Of a DNA stretch of 64,000 nucleotides, positions 1 through 13,940 are shown one piece after another. The translations under genes were made by a program, and so were the position numbers. The stretch covers positions 1 through 64,000 of the forward strand of contig CAXHJY010001608.1 of NCBI GenBank assembly GCA_964016885.1. Reading direction: 5' to 3'. The notes below the pieces were generated by a model. That model saw only the letters and a list, made by a program, of their open reading frames with translations. It was not told the DNA's origin and searched no databases. Source of the stretch: Eledone cirrhosa. Lineage: Eukaryota. Within the stretch, counting starts at the first letter, position 1. Each line of letters begins with the position of its first letter.

Positions 1-659
1 CTCTACTTCTACAACTGGTTATATATATGTATATATATGTGTGTGTGTATATGTGTTATGTGTATGAATGTAATTCCAAACACCTTCACAATTTCAAAAT
101 TTTCAGATAAATTTACCAAATCTAAAATGAAATATAGGAAAAAGAAATATTGATTAGTTTTGTGAAAATATTAGTTTTTCAAATAAATGGATTAATAAGA
201 AAACATCATTTTCTCTAAATATATTAAATCCAGCTGTTTATTTGGCAAATATGATCAACAATGAGAATAATCACTAAAAATAAATGTTAACAAAGAAAAA
301 TATGATATTACATGTATTGTATGAAGAAAGTCCTAGTGAGAAAATGTAGTTACACAGAATATAAGTATTGCCAATGAATATATATAAGAAGTATTGCCAA
401 CTTGGAGCACCCCCTGGTGCTCAAGTGGTCACACATGCCATTCAAACAAAGAAGGTGGCTTGGAAATAAGTCCTTCTTGCACTTGCAGGACAAGCAGTCA
501 TGAAAAGTCACAGCAGAGACGACAGTACAGGTGTCTAAAATTAAGACATGGGAAATATTTGGGGTTAAGCTGGAATCCAACTTCAGATCAACAAATATTT
601 ATGGGCTCATGCACAGCCAAGTTGGAAGAGGTATCAAGACTGGTGAGTGTAAGATCAGT

Positions 660-1360
660 CGGCTGATTTTGCAGACGTCATCGTACTACTTAACTCAAGA
701 GAAGGTGATCTCTGACATGCATTTGACAGATTTGATGCCAAGTGCTGCACGGCAGGAATGAAAATCAGTGATGCAAAGACTGAGACACTCATCCTCTCAA
801 GGAAGCCTGTTTAGTGCACTCCACAAGTGAATGGAGTTACACCGAATGCTTCAGCATTCGGTCATTAGAAGAAAGGAGGTATGTGTGAAAGCTGAACTCG
901 ATATCTTCAATTTGTTTAGGTGCCAACCCTTAACTATCGTCATGAATCTTGTTTAATGATCGAAAGAATATGATTGCATATACTATTGGCTGAAATTGGG
1001 TTCCTTTGAAGGGTCTTTGGAGCAATGTTACTCAATAGAATGAGTAACTCGGAGATCAGAGAGTCACTCCAGGTAGAGCCGCTACTTCTCCGAATTGAGA
1101 GATCTCAACTCTGATACTACAGACATGAGGTTAGAATGTCTCAGGAAAGAATTGTTAAAAAGATTTTATGAGCAAAGCCAACCATCAGGAGTACCTGGGT
1201 AGACCCTGAGCAAGATGGTTGGATAACATCCATGAGCTTGGCTGGTTTCACTTGGGCATTCAGCTGGATCAGTTGGAGACAGTTGCTTCTGACAGGACCC
1301 ATTGGAAGGAGTACTTGAGAAATATTCCCCCACTGCCCTCCTCCCAGGAATATATCAGCA
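660..1360 (+). mobile_element. Degenerate RTE-type LINE 3' fragment (RT C-terminus)
   Basis: Degenerate FADD-like start (tttgcagacgtc) and GMKIS..KTETL-like codons. It is homologous to the inverted copy at 1580-2750 and has many stops. Confidence 0.6.
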
Positions 1361-1579
1361 AAGAAGAATATATATATTATAAACCCCATTTGTAAGCCAA
1401 GGCAGCTAATCAACACAAGTTTAGGTGGTGTGGCTTTGAAATTCTCATGAGTATAAAATATATTTATGAAGTTTTAGTATTTTAATCTTTAAAATGTTTT
1501 AAGTGTCTTTTAGAATATAGTTTTTGTTACACAACTCCATTACATAATGCTTTTTTACCATTTCATCTGTTTTCTTCTT

Positions 1580-2750
1580 TGCCAACTTATTCCTGATAGG
1601 GTCAGGGTGTAGAGTCCTCAAACTCTCCTTCCAGTGGGTCCTGTCAGAAGCAACCATCTCCAACTGATCCAGCTGCATGCCCAAGCACGTCTTGTTCGGG
1701 ATCCACCCCTGTGTCTTTTGCTGGTTGTTTTACCCATAACATCTGTCCAGCGATTCTTTCCTGAGACATTCTAACCTCATGCCCAGAGTATTGGCGCTGT
1801 CATCTCTCAATTCAGAGAAGTAGTTGCTCTACCTGCAATGACTGATCTCTAAGCTATGCACTTTATCGAGTAACGTTATTCAAAAGACCCTTCGGAAGTA
1901 TCCCATTCTAGCCCCATGCCTATAGTATTGGAGCTGTGATCTCTCAATTCAGAGAAGTAGCAGCTCTACTCGGAGTGACTTTCTGATCTCTGAGCTACAC
2001 ACTCTATCGAGTAACAATACTACAAAGACGCTTCGCAGGAACCTCATTCACGATTATATTTTTGGGGTCATTATCCAAGATTCATGACCCTAGGTAAGGG
2101 TTGGCATGAATGTCGAATTGAAACAGTGAGTTTGGCTTTTACTCCTTCCTACCTTCTGATTAATGAAGCTGGCATATTACTGTACCAGTCTTTGTAATTC
2201 TTACACTTAATTTAGCCTCTTGCCTACCATCACTCGTGAACATGGCCCCAAGATACTTGAACTTCTCTACCTGCTTCAGTGGAACTCCATTCACATGTAG
2301 AGTACACTGCACTGGCTTCCATGAGAGGACAAGTGTCTCAGTTTTCACAGTACTGATTTTCATTCCAGCCATGCAGCACTCGGCAACAAACCTATCAAGT
2401 GCAAGTCAAATATCATCTTCTGTCGAGTTAAATAATACCATGTCATCATCAAATTCCAGCCAAGTGATTTTACAGCCACCAGACATGGTACCACTTCCAA
2501 CCCAGCTGCGTATATCAATCCTGTTCATGTAAATAACAAACAGGAGAGTTGACAGTATACACCCTTGGTGGAGTCCAACTCCCATATTGAATGGTTTCTA
2601 TTTAACACCATTTATCCCAACATAGATACTCAGGCATTGATATAGAGACATCAGGGCAGCAAGAAGTTGACTATCAATCACATACTCCTGTACAGCCTAC
2701 CACAGCAGGTGGCCAAGGAACGTAGTCATATGCCTTCTCAAGGTCAACAA
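1580..2750 (-). mobile_element. Degenerate RTE-type LINE fragment (RT domain)
   Basis: ORF 2160-2372 reads AGMKISTVKTETLVL...LKQVEKFKYLG, a non-LTR RT motif. Upstream sequence encodes VDLEKAYD and GLHQGCILS-like motifs. Confidence 0.75.
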
Positions 2751-3159
2751 AATATATGAGTATATACAGTATATATAATATTGTATGGACCTAATAAAAT
2801 AGTACATTTAACTTACGTATTTTATAATCACTTTCGTCGATTTCATTGGTTTTGTATTAGAAACTGGTAATTGGGAATCTGAAATAATGGAATATTATTG
2901 ATAAAAACATTTTTATTTTTACATAAATGTAAGTAAAGTCTCAAAAATAAGTTTTAAATAATAAAAAAAGAAATTATGAATATAAAACTGATATTATCAT
3001 CATCACCATCATACATGTGTATTTCTGTGCTGGATAGGTTGGATGGATTGTTACAGACCAACCCAATATTTAATAAAAGCTACTGTCTTCTTACAGACCG
3101 AATCAATATATATATATACCTTTCTATGTTATTATTTACTATCTCACACTTTTTAATAA

Positions 3160-3286
3160 TTGTTTCTACTTTAGGAACAAGGCCAGCAATTACCCCAGTG
3201 CATTACTGGTACTTTATTTTATCGACCACGTAAGGATGAAAGGCAAAGCTAACCCCGATGGGATTTGAACTCAGACCATAAAGGAA
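3160..3286 (-). mobile_element. tRNA-derived SINE family 2, partial
   Basis: Reverse complement matches the copy at 32432-32620 (gagttcaaatccc...ctttgcctttcatccttacg...gtaccag...gcctagt-like tail). Confidence 0.7.
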
Positions 3287-4228
3287 CAGTCAGCAAGGTT
3301 AAAATTAACAATAAATATTAACTGAAGAATTTAGCATAAAAGTAAGTGTTCATCAAAGCTCCGTCCATAGCCCCCTCCTGTTTGTTATTCCCCTTCAAGC
3401 TATAACAGAGGGGTTTAAGACTGGCTGCCCATGGGAACTTCTATATGCAAATTATCTAACTCTCATAGCTGAATCTATGGCTGAACTAGAGAACAAATTC
3501 CAAACATGGAAGCATGGCCTACAATCAAAAGACCTTAAAGATAACTTATCTAAGACTAAAGTTCTGGTACGTAGAAAGGAAAATAGGGCACAGGTGCCCA
3601 CAGGGAAATGACCATGCTCAGTGTGTAGGAAAGGAGTAGGTAGAAATTCCATTCTGTGCCCCAAATGCAAACTATGGGTACATAAAGATATAGTGGGATC
3701 ACAGGCAAGCTATCTAAGAATGTAGATGGTTCTATAGAGACATGGGCATTGTGTGCAGAGGACCTGCACAGATTGGAAAGGAACGAAGCATGCATGCTCC
3801 GTTGGAAGTGTAATAGTAATATACATGTACAGTAAAACATAAACTAACTAAGTGAGAAATTAGGATTAGAGGAATCAGATGCTGTTTACTTGAGAGAAGA
3901 CTACGTTGGTATGGTGATGTGATGCACATGAAAGATGACAGCTGTATAACAAAGTGCAGGGCGATCAAAATTGATAGAAGTTACGGAGTAGGTAACCCCA
4001 GAAAAACCTGGGACGACATGATCTGACCTTGCATATTTAGACCTCTCTAAGACAATGTCACTGGATCGAGATTTTGGCACCACACAGTAATACAGAAGAC
4101 CCACCTTCCCGATGTCCTATATGAGCAAGACACGGTCACCTGATCAATCTTGCCTCAAGTGGGACAATTACCATCTAACCCATGCTAGCATGGAAGATCT
4201 ACGTTAAATGTTGATGATGATGATGATA
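3287..4228 (+). mobile_element. RTE LINE fragment with internal deletions
   Basis: Contains GCPWELLYA, RRLRWYG and a (GAT)n tail, and is co-linear with 38798-40295. Confidence 0.8.
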
Positions 4229-4774
4229 TATGTGTGTATAGGATATATATATATATGTATGTAGAAAATATATGTGTGTGTCTATATATATGTATAGGAT
4301 ATATATAGTGTGTATATAAAATGTATGTATGGTTTATGTGTAAAAGAAATATATATGGTGTGTGTATACGATATATATATATATATGTATGTAGAAAATA
4401 GATATGTGTATATGTGGTGTGTATATATATGTATGTGTATGAAATATATGTATATGTATGTATAGGAGTTTATATATATATATATGTATGCATATAAAAT
4501 ATATGTATGTGTGTATGTGATATATATATCTATATATGTGTATGTACAAGATATGTATAATATATATGTATGTTTAGTGTGTATGTGTGTATATATATAT
4601 ACACCCAAGTTAACCAGGAATCTATAAAATTCTTCCCACCGAAGTTAACAAAGAACCAACTCATATTATTATAATATTATAAAATTAAATCAAATATTTT
4701 TTAACACTACATGTGAAGTCATTCTTTTCCTTTTCTTCAAATAAACCTAACAGTACCAAGGATCTCACACATGT

Positions 4775-4807
<33 letters not shown>

Positions 4808-4810
<3 letters not shown>

Positions 4811-5185
4811 TCCACGCTGTAATGTGGTCGTGTAGGTAAGACGGTAAAAAGTTCCCAGTTCCACACTGTAAATGTGGTTAGTCTTAGGAAGGGCATCCAG
4901 CCGTAGAAAACCTGCCAGATAGTCCTATATGAGCGAGACATGGTCACCCGACCAACCTTCCCTCAAGTGGGACAACTCCTGTCTAACCCATGCTAGCGTG
5001 GAAAATGGATGTTAAACGAAGATGATGAGGATGAGGATATATATACATACAGCACTCACTGTAAATGAGGTTGGTGTTAGGAAGGGCATCCAGCTGTAGA
5101 AATCAAGCCAAAATCAGTTACTGTCCCACCCTTGCAAGCAGGGAAAAAGCGGACGTAAAATGAAATGATGATGATGATGAAATGA
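4808..5185 (+). mobile_element. Two RTE/SINE 3'-tail fragments
   Basis: Contains the shared 3' motif ttaggaagggcatccagc(c/t)gtagaaa and (GAT)n ends. Confidence 0.7.
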
Positions 5186-5299
5186 CAAAGGTGAGTCAAA
5201 ATATAATGCAATTTTTGTCATAGAAAACATCATACTTCGGGACTGGGCATATCAAAAGTTCGAAATAACAGAGGTAAACTTGTTTCCATCATTATCTTT

Positions 5300-5463
5300 T
5301 CCTGCTTATTTCAAGATTCACTTCTTTTAATATTTTCAAATATCAATACTTCCGGCTAAGATATAATGGACGCTATATCACATTGCTTATATTTCCATCA
5401 CTAAATTTCACCATGATGCAGTTTATATATAATATCATTTTTTTTAAATGTATCATGGATTAC
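5300..5463. repeat. Dispersed repeat with an inverted partner at 9570-9722 (probable DNA-transposon relic)
   Basis: tgcagtttatatataatatc...tgtatcatggattac is the reverse complement of gtaatccatgatacat...atatataaactgca at 9570. Confidence 0.55.
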
Positions 5464-5747
5464 TTTACTGATTACAGAAGAAAGTGTAACACACTCTCTT
5501 CAATTTCTGTGGATATTGTCAATTACAATTTTATTTGAGATATCATATCTACATGTATGTATATTTGTGTATAATATCAATATACACACTACACATGCCA
5601 GCAGAAAAACCAACACAACAGCAACAACAACAAAAAATAAGACAAAGATTACCAGGTAACTTACTTTTTAGTCTATTTTACATTGTTTAGTCTTATATTA
5701 CTTTCCACATTTTACGTATATGTGTGTGTATTTGTATATATATATAT

Positions 5748-6028
5748 ATGTATTGAGTGCCTTATATGCTGTGGTTATCCCGATTTCACTCGGGATCTCA
5801 CACACACACATATATATATGTATGTTTGTCTCATCTCACACACACACATATATATATGTATGTTTATCCCAGGTTCAATCTGGGGTAACCACAGTAAGTA
5901 CGGTACTCAATACATAGCAGAGTATGAATATTTAATATAGAAATGGCTTCTAATCAGGAAGCTTCCTGATGATTTCTCCCGAATGAATCAAGTCTAGTCC
6001 TGTAGAAGCCATGTCTATATTAAATATA
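5748..6028 (+). mobile_element. Penelope/retrozyme-like relic with a degenerate hammerhead
   Basis: CTGATGA at 5966 is followed by tttc-tccc-gaat-GAA with stem III deleted. It sits inside a long stem (aatatagaaatggcttcta / tagaagccatgtctatatt). An inverted tail motif lies at 5900-5930, and there is an IR between 5748-5790 and 5876-5915. Confidence 0.5.
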
Positions 6029-6037
6029 AATATATAT

Positions 6038-6372
6038 ATCATCATCATCATCATTTTACGTCCACTTTTCCCTGCTTGCAAGGGTGGGAAGGGTCCTATT
6101 CAGCACAGCATCTCTCCATTTGTCACAGTCCTTCGTCATCTCCTCGCTGAGTTTCAGCGATCTGAGGTCTGCTCTCACCACCTCTACTCGTGTTTTTTGT
6201 GGTCTTCCTTCTATTGGGATCTCCTGGCACTTCTTTACCCAGCGGTCATCTTCCATGAGCATCACATGTCCATAACATCTCAGTCTCCTCTCCTGCACTC
6301 CACAACTTATCCCTCTTATACCCAGTTTCTCTCTCATGCTTGGTCGTTCACGCACATTGACATTCCACATCC
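6038..6372 (-). mobile_element. RTE LINE family-2 3' end
   Basis: ORF 6056-6382 contains MLCWM...RRLRCYGHV...KWRDAV, followed by a (GAT)n tail. Confidence 0.8.
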
Positions 6373-6384
6373 AACAGAGCATAT

Positions 6385-6662
6385 ATCATCATCATCATTT
6401 CATTTTACATCCACATTTCTCTACTTGCAAGGGTGGGACGGGAACTGATTCTGGCTTGATTTCTACAGCTGGATGCCCTTCCTAACACCAACCTCATTTA
6501 CAGTGAGTGCTGGGTGCTTTTTTTTTGCCGTGGCACCTCCACGACGAATTTGCAGTGGAATGAAAGGGACCCTAGTCCCTATCATCTCATTTCTACAGCT
6601 GAGTAAACTGGAGCAATGTGAAATAAAGTGCCTTGCTCAAGGAAACAACACATCACCCGGTC
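6385..6662 (-). mobile_element. tRNA-derived SINE family 1 (head missing)
   Basis: Reverse complement of the body and tail of 22316-22653. Confidence 0.8.
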
Positions 6663-8368
6663 TAGCTGTCTCGTGTTGTCATCTAGCTGTCTGGTGTGGT
6701 CATCTAGCTGTATGGTGTGGTCATCTAGCTGTCTGATGTGGTCATCTATGTCTGATGTGGTCATCTAGCCGTCTGATGTGGTCATCTAGCTGTCTGATGT
6801 CGTCATCTAGCTGTCTGGTGTGGTCATCTAGCTGTATGGTGTGGTCATCTAGCTGTCTGATGTGGTCATCTAGCTGTGTGGTGTGGTCATCTAGCTGTCT
6901 GATGTCATCTAGCTGTCTCGTGTGGTCATCTATGTCTGATGTGGTCATCTAGCCGTCTGATGTGGTCATCTAGCTGTCTGATGTGGTCATCTATGTCTGA
7001 TGTGGTCATCTAGCCGTCTGATGTGGTCATCTAGCTGTCTGATGTGGTCATCTAGCTGTGTGGTGTGGTCATCTAGCTGTGTGGTGTGGTCATCTAGCTG
7101 TCTGGTGTGGTCATCTAGCTGTCTGATGTCATCTAGCTGTCTCATGTCGTCATCTAGCTGTCTCGTGTGGTCATCTATGTCTGATGTCGTCATCTAGCTG
7201 TCTGGTGTGGTCATCTAGCTGTCTGATGTAGTCATCTAGCTGTCTGATGTCATCTAGCTGTCTGATGTCATCTAGCTGTCTCGTGTGGTCATCTATGTCT
7301 GATGTGGTCATCTAGCTGTCTGGTGTGGTCATCTATGTCTGATGTGGTCATCTAGCTGTCTGGTGTGGTCATCTATGTCTGATGTGGTCATATATGTCTG
7401 ATGTGGTCATCTAGCTGTCTGATGTCGTCATCTAGCTGTATGGTGTGGTCATCTAGCTGTCTGGTGTGGTCATCTAGCTGTCTGGTGTGGTCATCTAGCT
7501 GTATGGTGTGATCATCTAGCTGTCTGGTGTGGTCATCTATGTCTGATGTGGTCATCTAGCTGTATGGTGTGGTCGTCTAGCTGTCTGGTGTGGTCATCTA
7601 GCTGTCTGATGTGGTCATCTATGTCTGATGTGGTCATCTAGCTGTATGGTGTGGTCATCTAGCTGTCTGATGTGGTCATCTATGTCTGATGTGGTCATCT
7701 AGCTGTCTGTTGTGGTCGTCTGGCTGTATGGTGTGGTCGTCTAGCTGTCTGGTGTGGTCATCTAGCTGTCTGATGTGGTCATCTAGCTGTCTGATGTGGT
7801 CATCTAGCTGTCTGATGTGGTCATCTAGCTGTCAGATGTGGTCATCTAGCTGTCTGGTGTGGTCATCTAGCTGTCTGATGTGGTCATCTAGCTGTCTGGT
7901 GTGGTCATCTAGCTGTCTGGTGTGATCATCTAGCTGTCTGGTGTGGTCATCTAGCTGTGTGGTGTGGTCATCTAGCTGTCTGATGTGGTCATCTAGCTGT
8001 CTGGTGTGGTCATCTAGCTGTCTGGTGTGATCATCTAGCTGTCTGGTGTGGTCATCTAGCTGTCTGGTGTGGTCATCTAGCTGTCTGGTGTGGTCATCTA
8101 GCTGTCTGGTGTGGTCATCTAGCTGTCAGATGTGGTCATCTAGCTGTCTGATGTGGTCATCTAGCTGTCTGGTGTGGTCATCTATGTCTGGTGTAGTCAT
8201 CTAGCTGTCTGATGTGGTCATCTAGCTGTCTGGTGTGGTCATCTAGCTGTCTGATGTGGTCAACTAGCTGTCTGATGTGGTCATCTAACTGTCTGATGTG
8301 GTCATCTAGCTTTCTGGTGTGGTCATCTAGCTGTCTGGTGTGGTCATCTAGCTGTCTGGTGTGGTCAT
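6661..8368. repeat. 21-bp minisatellite (tctagctgtctgatgtggtca)n with 17/18-bp deletion variants
   Basis: Tandem units are directly visible, and the 7-aa periodic ORFs (RQLDDHT) reflect the period. Confidence 0.95.
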
Positions 8369-8471
8369 TGTTGTTATATAATGGTTATACAACCATTATA
8401 TATATATAACAGTGAATATGAATAAACAAAGTTAATTTTAGCCTGTTAACTTACACTTGTTTTCTATATAT

Positions 8472-8500
8472 ACTAGACCACCAGTGACCTGTTGGGTCAC
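8472..8500 (-). mobile_element. Helitron-like 3' terminus (hairpin + CTAG)
   Basis: The minus strand reads gtgacc-caaca-ggtcac-tggtggt-CTAG-ta, the canonical Helitron 3'-end layout. Confidence 0.4.
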
Positions 8501-8603
8501 GTTCACTTAAATATAATTTTTAAATAATTAAAATGTACACAGACGTGTATATAATGTAAAATGAAATTGGATAGCCCATATATACATATATATATCTATA
8601 TAT

Positions 8604-9010
8604 AATTGTTGTTGGATGCTTAAAGCATCCGTTTGCGGTAGGCCGTATGAGCACTCAATGCCCTCGTAGAGCAGAGTATGATATCACAGAAAAAGAGAAT
8701 CAGTGTTGCGATGAAAGGAATTTATTGGACATATTACACATGTTTCTCGGGCGACCAGCTCGAGGCACGATCGATATGGTGATCAAACCTGACTCTGAAA
8801 TCACTCGGTCGTCGGATACTTCTCGATTCTACGAAGAAGATTTTATAGGAAAATCTGCTTCGTAGAATCGAGAAGTATCCGACGACCGAGTGATTTCAGA
8901 GTCAGGTTTGATCACCATATCGATCGTGCCTCGAGCTGGTCGCCCGAGAAACATGTGTAATATGTCCAATAAATCCCTTTCATCGCAACACAGATTCTCT
9001 TTTTTCTGTA

Positions 9011-9011
<1 letters not shown>
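8604..9011. mobile_element. Fold-back element (family E) between (TA)n tracts
   Basis: Near-perfect IR between 8686-8844 and 8850-9009 with a 5-nt loop. The left arm carries an extra ~80-nt tail (8604-8685). Confidence 0.8.
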
Positions 9012-9048
<37 letters not shown>

Positions 9049-10263
9049 TTAGAAACTCTTCCTATGCAGCAAGAGACAGTAATGTTGTAATTCAATTCTT
9101 TGAAGTCTCTGGTTATAATTTCATTCAACAACACCACCAGCTCTCTCTCTTCCATCCTCTGTCTCCTCTCCCTCTGTCTCTCGTTCAATCTACTCTTTCA
9201 CAACCACTATCTCTTTCTATCTTTCCCACTCTCTATTTATGAAGGTACCCTGAAAAACCCCGTATCTCGGGAACCTGTGCTCCAATTTATGTGAAACTTG
9301 TTTTATTACATTTGTATTCCCATTTCAGGGCCAACTTCCTTTCAAACTATTTTCCCATTATGTGCCCCTTTGGCTGTATTACATTACACTAGCAGAAAAA
9401 TCACCCTTCGGGTGGTTTTCTGCTAGCATGTGTAGTGTGTATATTGATATTATATGCAGGTATATATATACATGTAGATATGATACATCAAATAAAATCA
9501 TAATTGACAATATATAATACATAGAAATTGAACGAAGACTGCGTTACACTGTCTTATGTAATAAGTAACGTAATCCATGATACATTAAAAAAGACGATAT
9601 TATATATAAACTGCATTAGGAGAAAATTAGTGACAGAAAATTAATAGTTTATTTTAGCGATGGCCAACCGGAAGTATTGACATTTGAAAATTTTAAAAAA
9701 GTGAAATTTAAATAAACAAAATATATTTAATGAACAGCCACGAAATTTAGTAGATAAATTATGTAATATTCATTATTTATTCAAGGTAACCCAACTTATT
9801 ATACAAACGGGATAAAATAAAAAAAATTGTATGCAATCCCGCAGACCTTCCTTATAGTTTAGATTACAGGCAATAACAGAGTTTTAGTAGTAGATAGATA
9901 GATAGATATCTTTATCTGCCACAGGGGCGCACACAAATGGGACATTACAAGACGTGACGGCGGGGATTTTACATAAAAATCATATAACTTTAACATTAAT
10001 AAATAACAATAAACTATATATAATAAAATAACAATTGAAATCCCCAATAAGGGGGGAACGTTACTACAGGGTTGTTTTACACCCCATGGATAGAACAACC
10101 CTCAACACCAGGAACACGTTTTGTAGGTGTTCCCGTCTTCCCTCTGTTTATCTTCCTCAACCTACAGGTTTATATCACTCGGGACATTTTCGCCACATTC
10201 ACTCACCTTTCAGCGAATTTACTGAGGTGAGATAGATAGACAGATAGATATATAGATAGATGT

Positions 10264-10445
10264 ATTGTTTCTACTTTTGGCACAAGGCCAGCAATTACCC
10301 TAGTGCATTGCTGGTGCTTTATTCTATCGATTCCGTAAGGATGAAAGGCAAAATTAACCTTGGCGGGATTTAAACTCAAACCATAAAGGGTTGTAACTCT
10401 ATGCCTCACAGCATGGCGTCCGACTCTCTACCAATACTGCCCTTT
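10264..10445 (-). mobile_element. tRNA-derived SINE family 2
   Basis: Reverse complement matches 32432-32620. Confidence 0.75.
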
Positions 10446-10449
10446 TCTA

Positions 10450-10635
10450 TCTACAGGAAGTGTTCCATCCCCAAGCCTTAATAGATTCAGGGTGAACAGC
10501 TCTGATGGTTCATCTCTACCAAGGTTTGCCCTCATCTTTGTAGAGAGTTCAGCGTTGATTATTTTCAAACAGGCTCAGATTTCATCACTTATTTCCTTTT
10601 GGAATGACTGGGAGGGTTTGTCTAGAATGTCCTCC
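10450..10635 (-). pseudogene. Helitron-type PIF1 helicase fragment
   Basis: The minus strand reads (G)GHSRQTLPVIPKGNK, then after a frameshift DEI*ACLK...LSTKMRANLG...LLRLGDGTLP. This matches the PIF1 motifs GDFRQ.LPV / L..NMR / LL.IGDG. Confidence 0.7.
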
Positions 10636-10649
10636 ACTTCCTCTTCCCA

Positions 10650-12571
10650 CTACTGCTGTACTACCACTACCACTACCACTACTACTACCACTACCACTAC
10701 CACTACCTCTGCTACTACTACTACCACTACTGCCACCATTACTACTACTACCACTACCACTACTACCACCATGGCTGCTACCACCATTACTACTACCACT
10801 ACTACTACTACTACTACTACCACTACCACTACTACTACTACTACCACTACCACTACTACCACCATGGCTGCTACCACCATTACCACTACTACTACTACTA
10901 CTACTACCACTACCACTACTACCACCACTGCTGCTACCACCATTACTAATACTACTGCTACCACCATAACTACTACTACCACTACTATCACTACCACCAT
11001 TACTAATACTACTACTGCTACCACTACTGCTGCTACCACCATTACTAATACTACTACTGCTACCACCATTACTACTAATACTACTACTACTACCACTACT
11101 GCTACTACCACCATTACTACTACTACTACTAGTGCTACCACCATCATTACTACTACTACTACCACCATCATTACTACTACTACTACTATTACCACCACCA
11201 CTACTACTACCACTACCACTACTACTACCACCACCACCACCATTACTACCACTACTGCTATTACCACTACCACCGCCACTACTACTACTACTACTGCTGC
11301 TACGACTACTACATCTACCACTACTACCACCACTACTACTAACACCACTACCACCATCATCGCTACCACTATCACCACTACAACTACTACTAACACCACT
11401 ACTACTACTAACACCACCACTACTACTACTACTAACACCACTACCACCATCGCTACCACTATCACCACTACAACTACTACCAACACCACTACTACCACTA
11501 TCACCACTACCACCACTACTACTACTAACACCACTACCACTATCACCACCACTACCAGCTAAACTACCCCCACCACCACTACTACTACTAACACCACTAC
11601 CACTATCACCACCACTACCAGCTAAACTACCCCCACCACCACTACTACTACTAACACCACTACTACTACCACCACCACTACCAGCTAAACTACCCCCACC
11701 ACCACTACTACTACCACTTCTACCAATATTATTACTACTACAAATACTACTACCACCACTACCACCACCACCACCTAAACTATCACCACCACTACCACAC
11801 CCACCACACACAACCATTACCACTGCCACCACCACTATCAACTGCCACCACCTTCTACCCTTATCACCACCACCACCACCACCACCACACCCACCACACA
11901 CAACCATTATCACCACCACCACACCCACTACCATCACCACTATCAACTGCCACCACCTTCTACCCTTATCACCACCACCACCACCACCACACCCACCACA
12001 CACAACCATTATCACCACCACCACCACCACCACACCCACAACCATCACCACTATCACCATCACCCCCCCCATACCCGCCCACCCCACATCACCACCACTG
12101 CAACCACCTTCTACCATTATCACCACCACCACCACCACCACCTCCACTACCATCACCACCACCACCACTACCATCACCACTATCACCACCATGGCCACCA
12201 CCACCTTCTACCATTATCACCACCACAACCACTGCCACCACCACTACCATTATCACCACCACTGGCACCACCACTATCACCACCACCACCACCACTGCCA
12301 CCACCACTACCATTATCACCACCACCGCTATCACCACCACTGCCACCACCACTATCACCACTATCATCACCACCACCACTGCCACCACCACCACCACCAC
12401 TGCCACCACCACTATCACCACTATCACCACCACCACCACTGCCACCACCACCACCACCACTGCCACCACCACTACCATTATCACCACCACCACCACCGCT
12501 ATCACCACCACTACCACCACCACTATCACCACTACTGCCACCACCACTACCATTATCACCACCACCACCAC
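10650..12571. repeat. (ACT/ACC)n trinucleotide low-complexity array
   Basis: Directly visible. It gives homopolymeric ORFs in all frames. Confidence 0.95.
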
Positions 12572-13572
12572 AATTCTGTGTTTGGGTGTGTACTTCCCCA
12601 CCATCTGTTTATGGGGGGAGAATATACTGACCAATTACCACAAAGTGAGAAATAAATAATGACATAATCAAAATCTTGTAAATTCCATATTATGTGAGAT
12701 AATTATGTGAGAAAAAGCCTTTACCATGAAAATATAATAGTAATGTAAATGCTAAAGGGTTAATGCTATCGTTAATATTAATTATCATTAGAAAATAAAA
12801 TTACAGATCAAAGTTTATAAATTTAAAACTTCAAAAATCTAAATATTTAAACATTTCAAATTTCAAAAATTAAAAGTCAGAAACCCAGAAACTGTTGGAC
12901 ATCTCTAACAGTTGACGGAAATTTAACTATGAACCAACTATGAACCAACTTTCGACCAGATTAATGAGAGAACCAAAAGCAACGATAACCTCTTATTTTC
13001 CTGCAACACCTTTTATTTCACACTAAACCCTAGAAAGAAGATCTCCTACTATGTCCCATTCTAGCTCACCTAACTATGGACAGCCAGAGAAGTCTATTTG
13101 TACCCTGCTGTGACTAGACTGACCAAAACATCCAAAGCACTGAATATAACTGGACTCTTTATAATTTCTTTCCATTCGGACATTTTTCACATATTTTTTT
13201 CCCTTATTTTCTTTCACCTGTCATTTTCATTAAGATGCCAATTTTTTTTCTAGTATGGAGTCATAACAAATTAATAGACTATTCCCTGCATCACTACCAA
13301 CATTTAATATCCAATTTTGAACCCAATTCCTATTACGAATATACACAACAACCAGTTAGATATTATTCTTACTATATTCGACTAATATCTAAATTTCTAG
13401 ATTTCTAATTTTTTATTTTTTAAATTAAAAATGTTTGATCTGTAATTTCACTTTATAATGATAATTAATATTACCCATAGCTTTAAATTATATTCTCCCT
13501 TTGCGGTTATTGGTCGGTATATTATCCCGCCATAAATGGGAGGTGGGGACACACATACCCAAACACAGAATT
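12572..13572. mobile_element. Non-autonomous DNA transposon / foldback element with long imperfect TIRs
   Basis: aattctgtgtttgggt...gagaaata at 12572 is the reverse complement of tattctccc...cccaaacacagaatt ending at 13572. An inner IR pairs about 12765-12850 with 13385-13480. Confidence 0.7.
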
Positions 13573-13940
13573 CTGCCGAACACCGAAGCTAGCAGTAAAC
13601 AACAAATCTGTGGCTGAATTGAAATCTCTGTGACCGTATCATATTGCCAGCTAAGATGGTGGGGGACTGGTGTGAATCACCTATGGTAGTAGTAATCTGG
13701 GTGGTGGTTAAGTGGTCAACTTCCAGCACCTCTGTATCTACGCTGAGCTGTCGGGAAGTTCTGAAGTTCACAAGGGAGCGGACAACCCCAGCAAAAACAA
13801 TAATTTATTTTAGTCCACTCCCTTGCACCCAGGACAGCCTCTGAAACTTAACATTTTACTCAATGTTGCATAGTTTGGAACTGGTAAAATCTTTATATAT
13901 ATATATGTGTGTATATATATATACACACACATATATATAT

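Noticed and set aside
8778-8815. G3-C8 variant core GTGATCA...GAAA in the left arm
   Set aside because: Stem I and stem II do not pair convincingly, and the orientation is antisense to the tail.
10492-12655. Poly-Thr/Pro/His mucin-like ORFs (also 60148-61641)
   Set aside because: They come from a trinucleotide array open in all frames, and the paralogous array at 49846 differs greatly in length.
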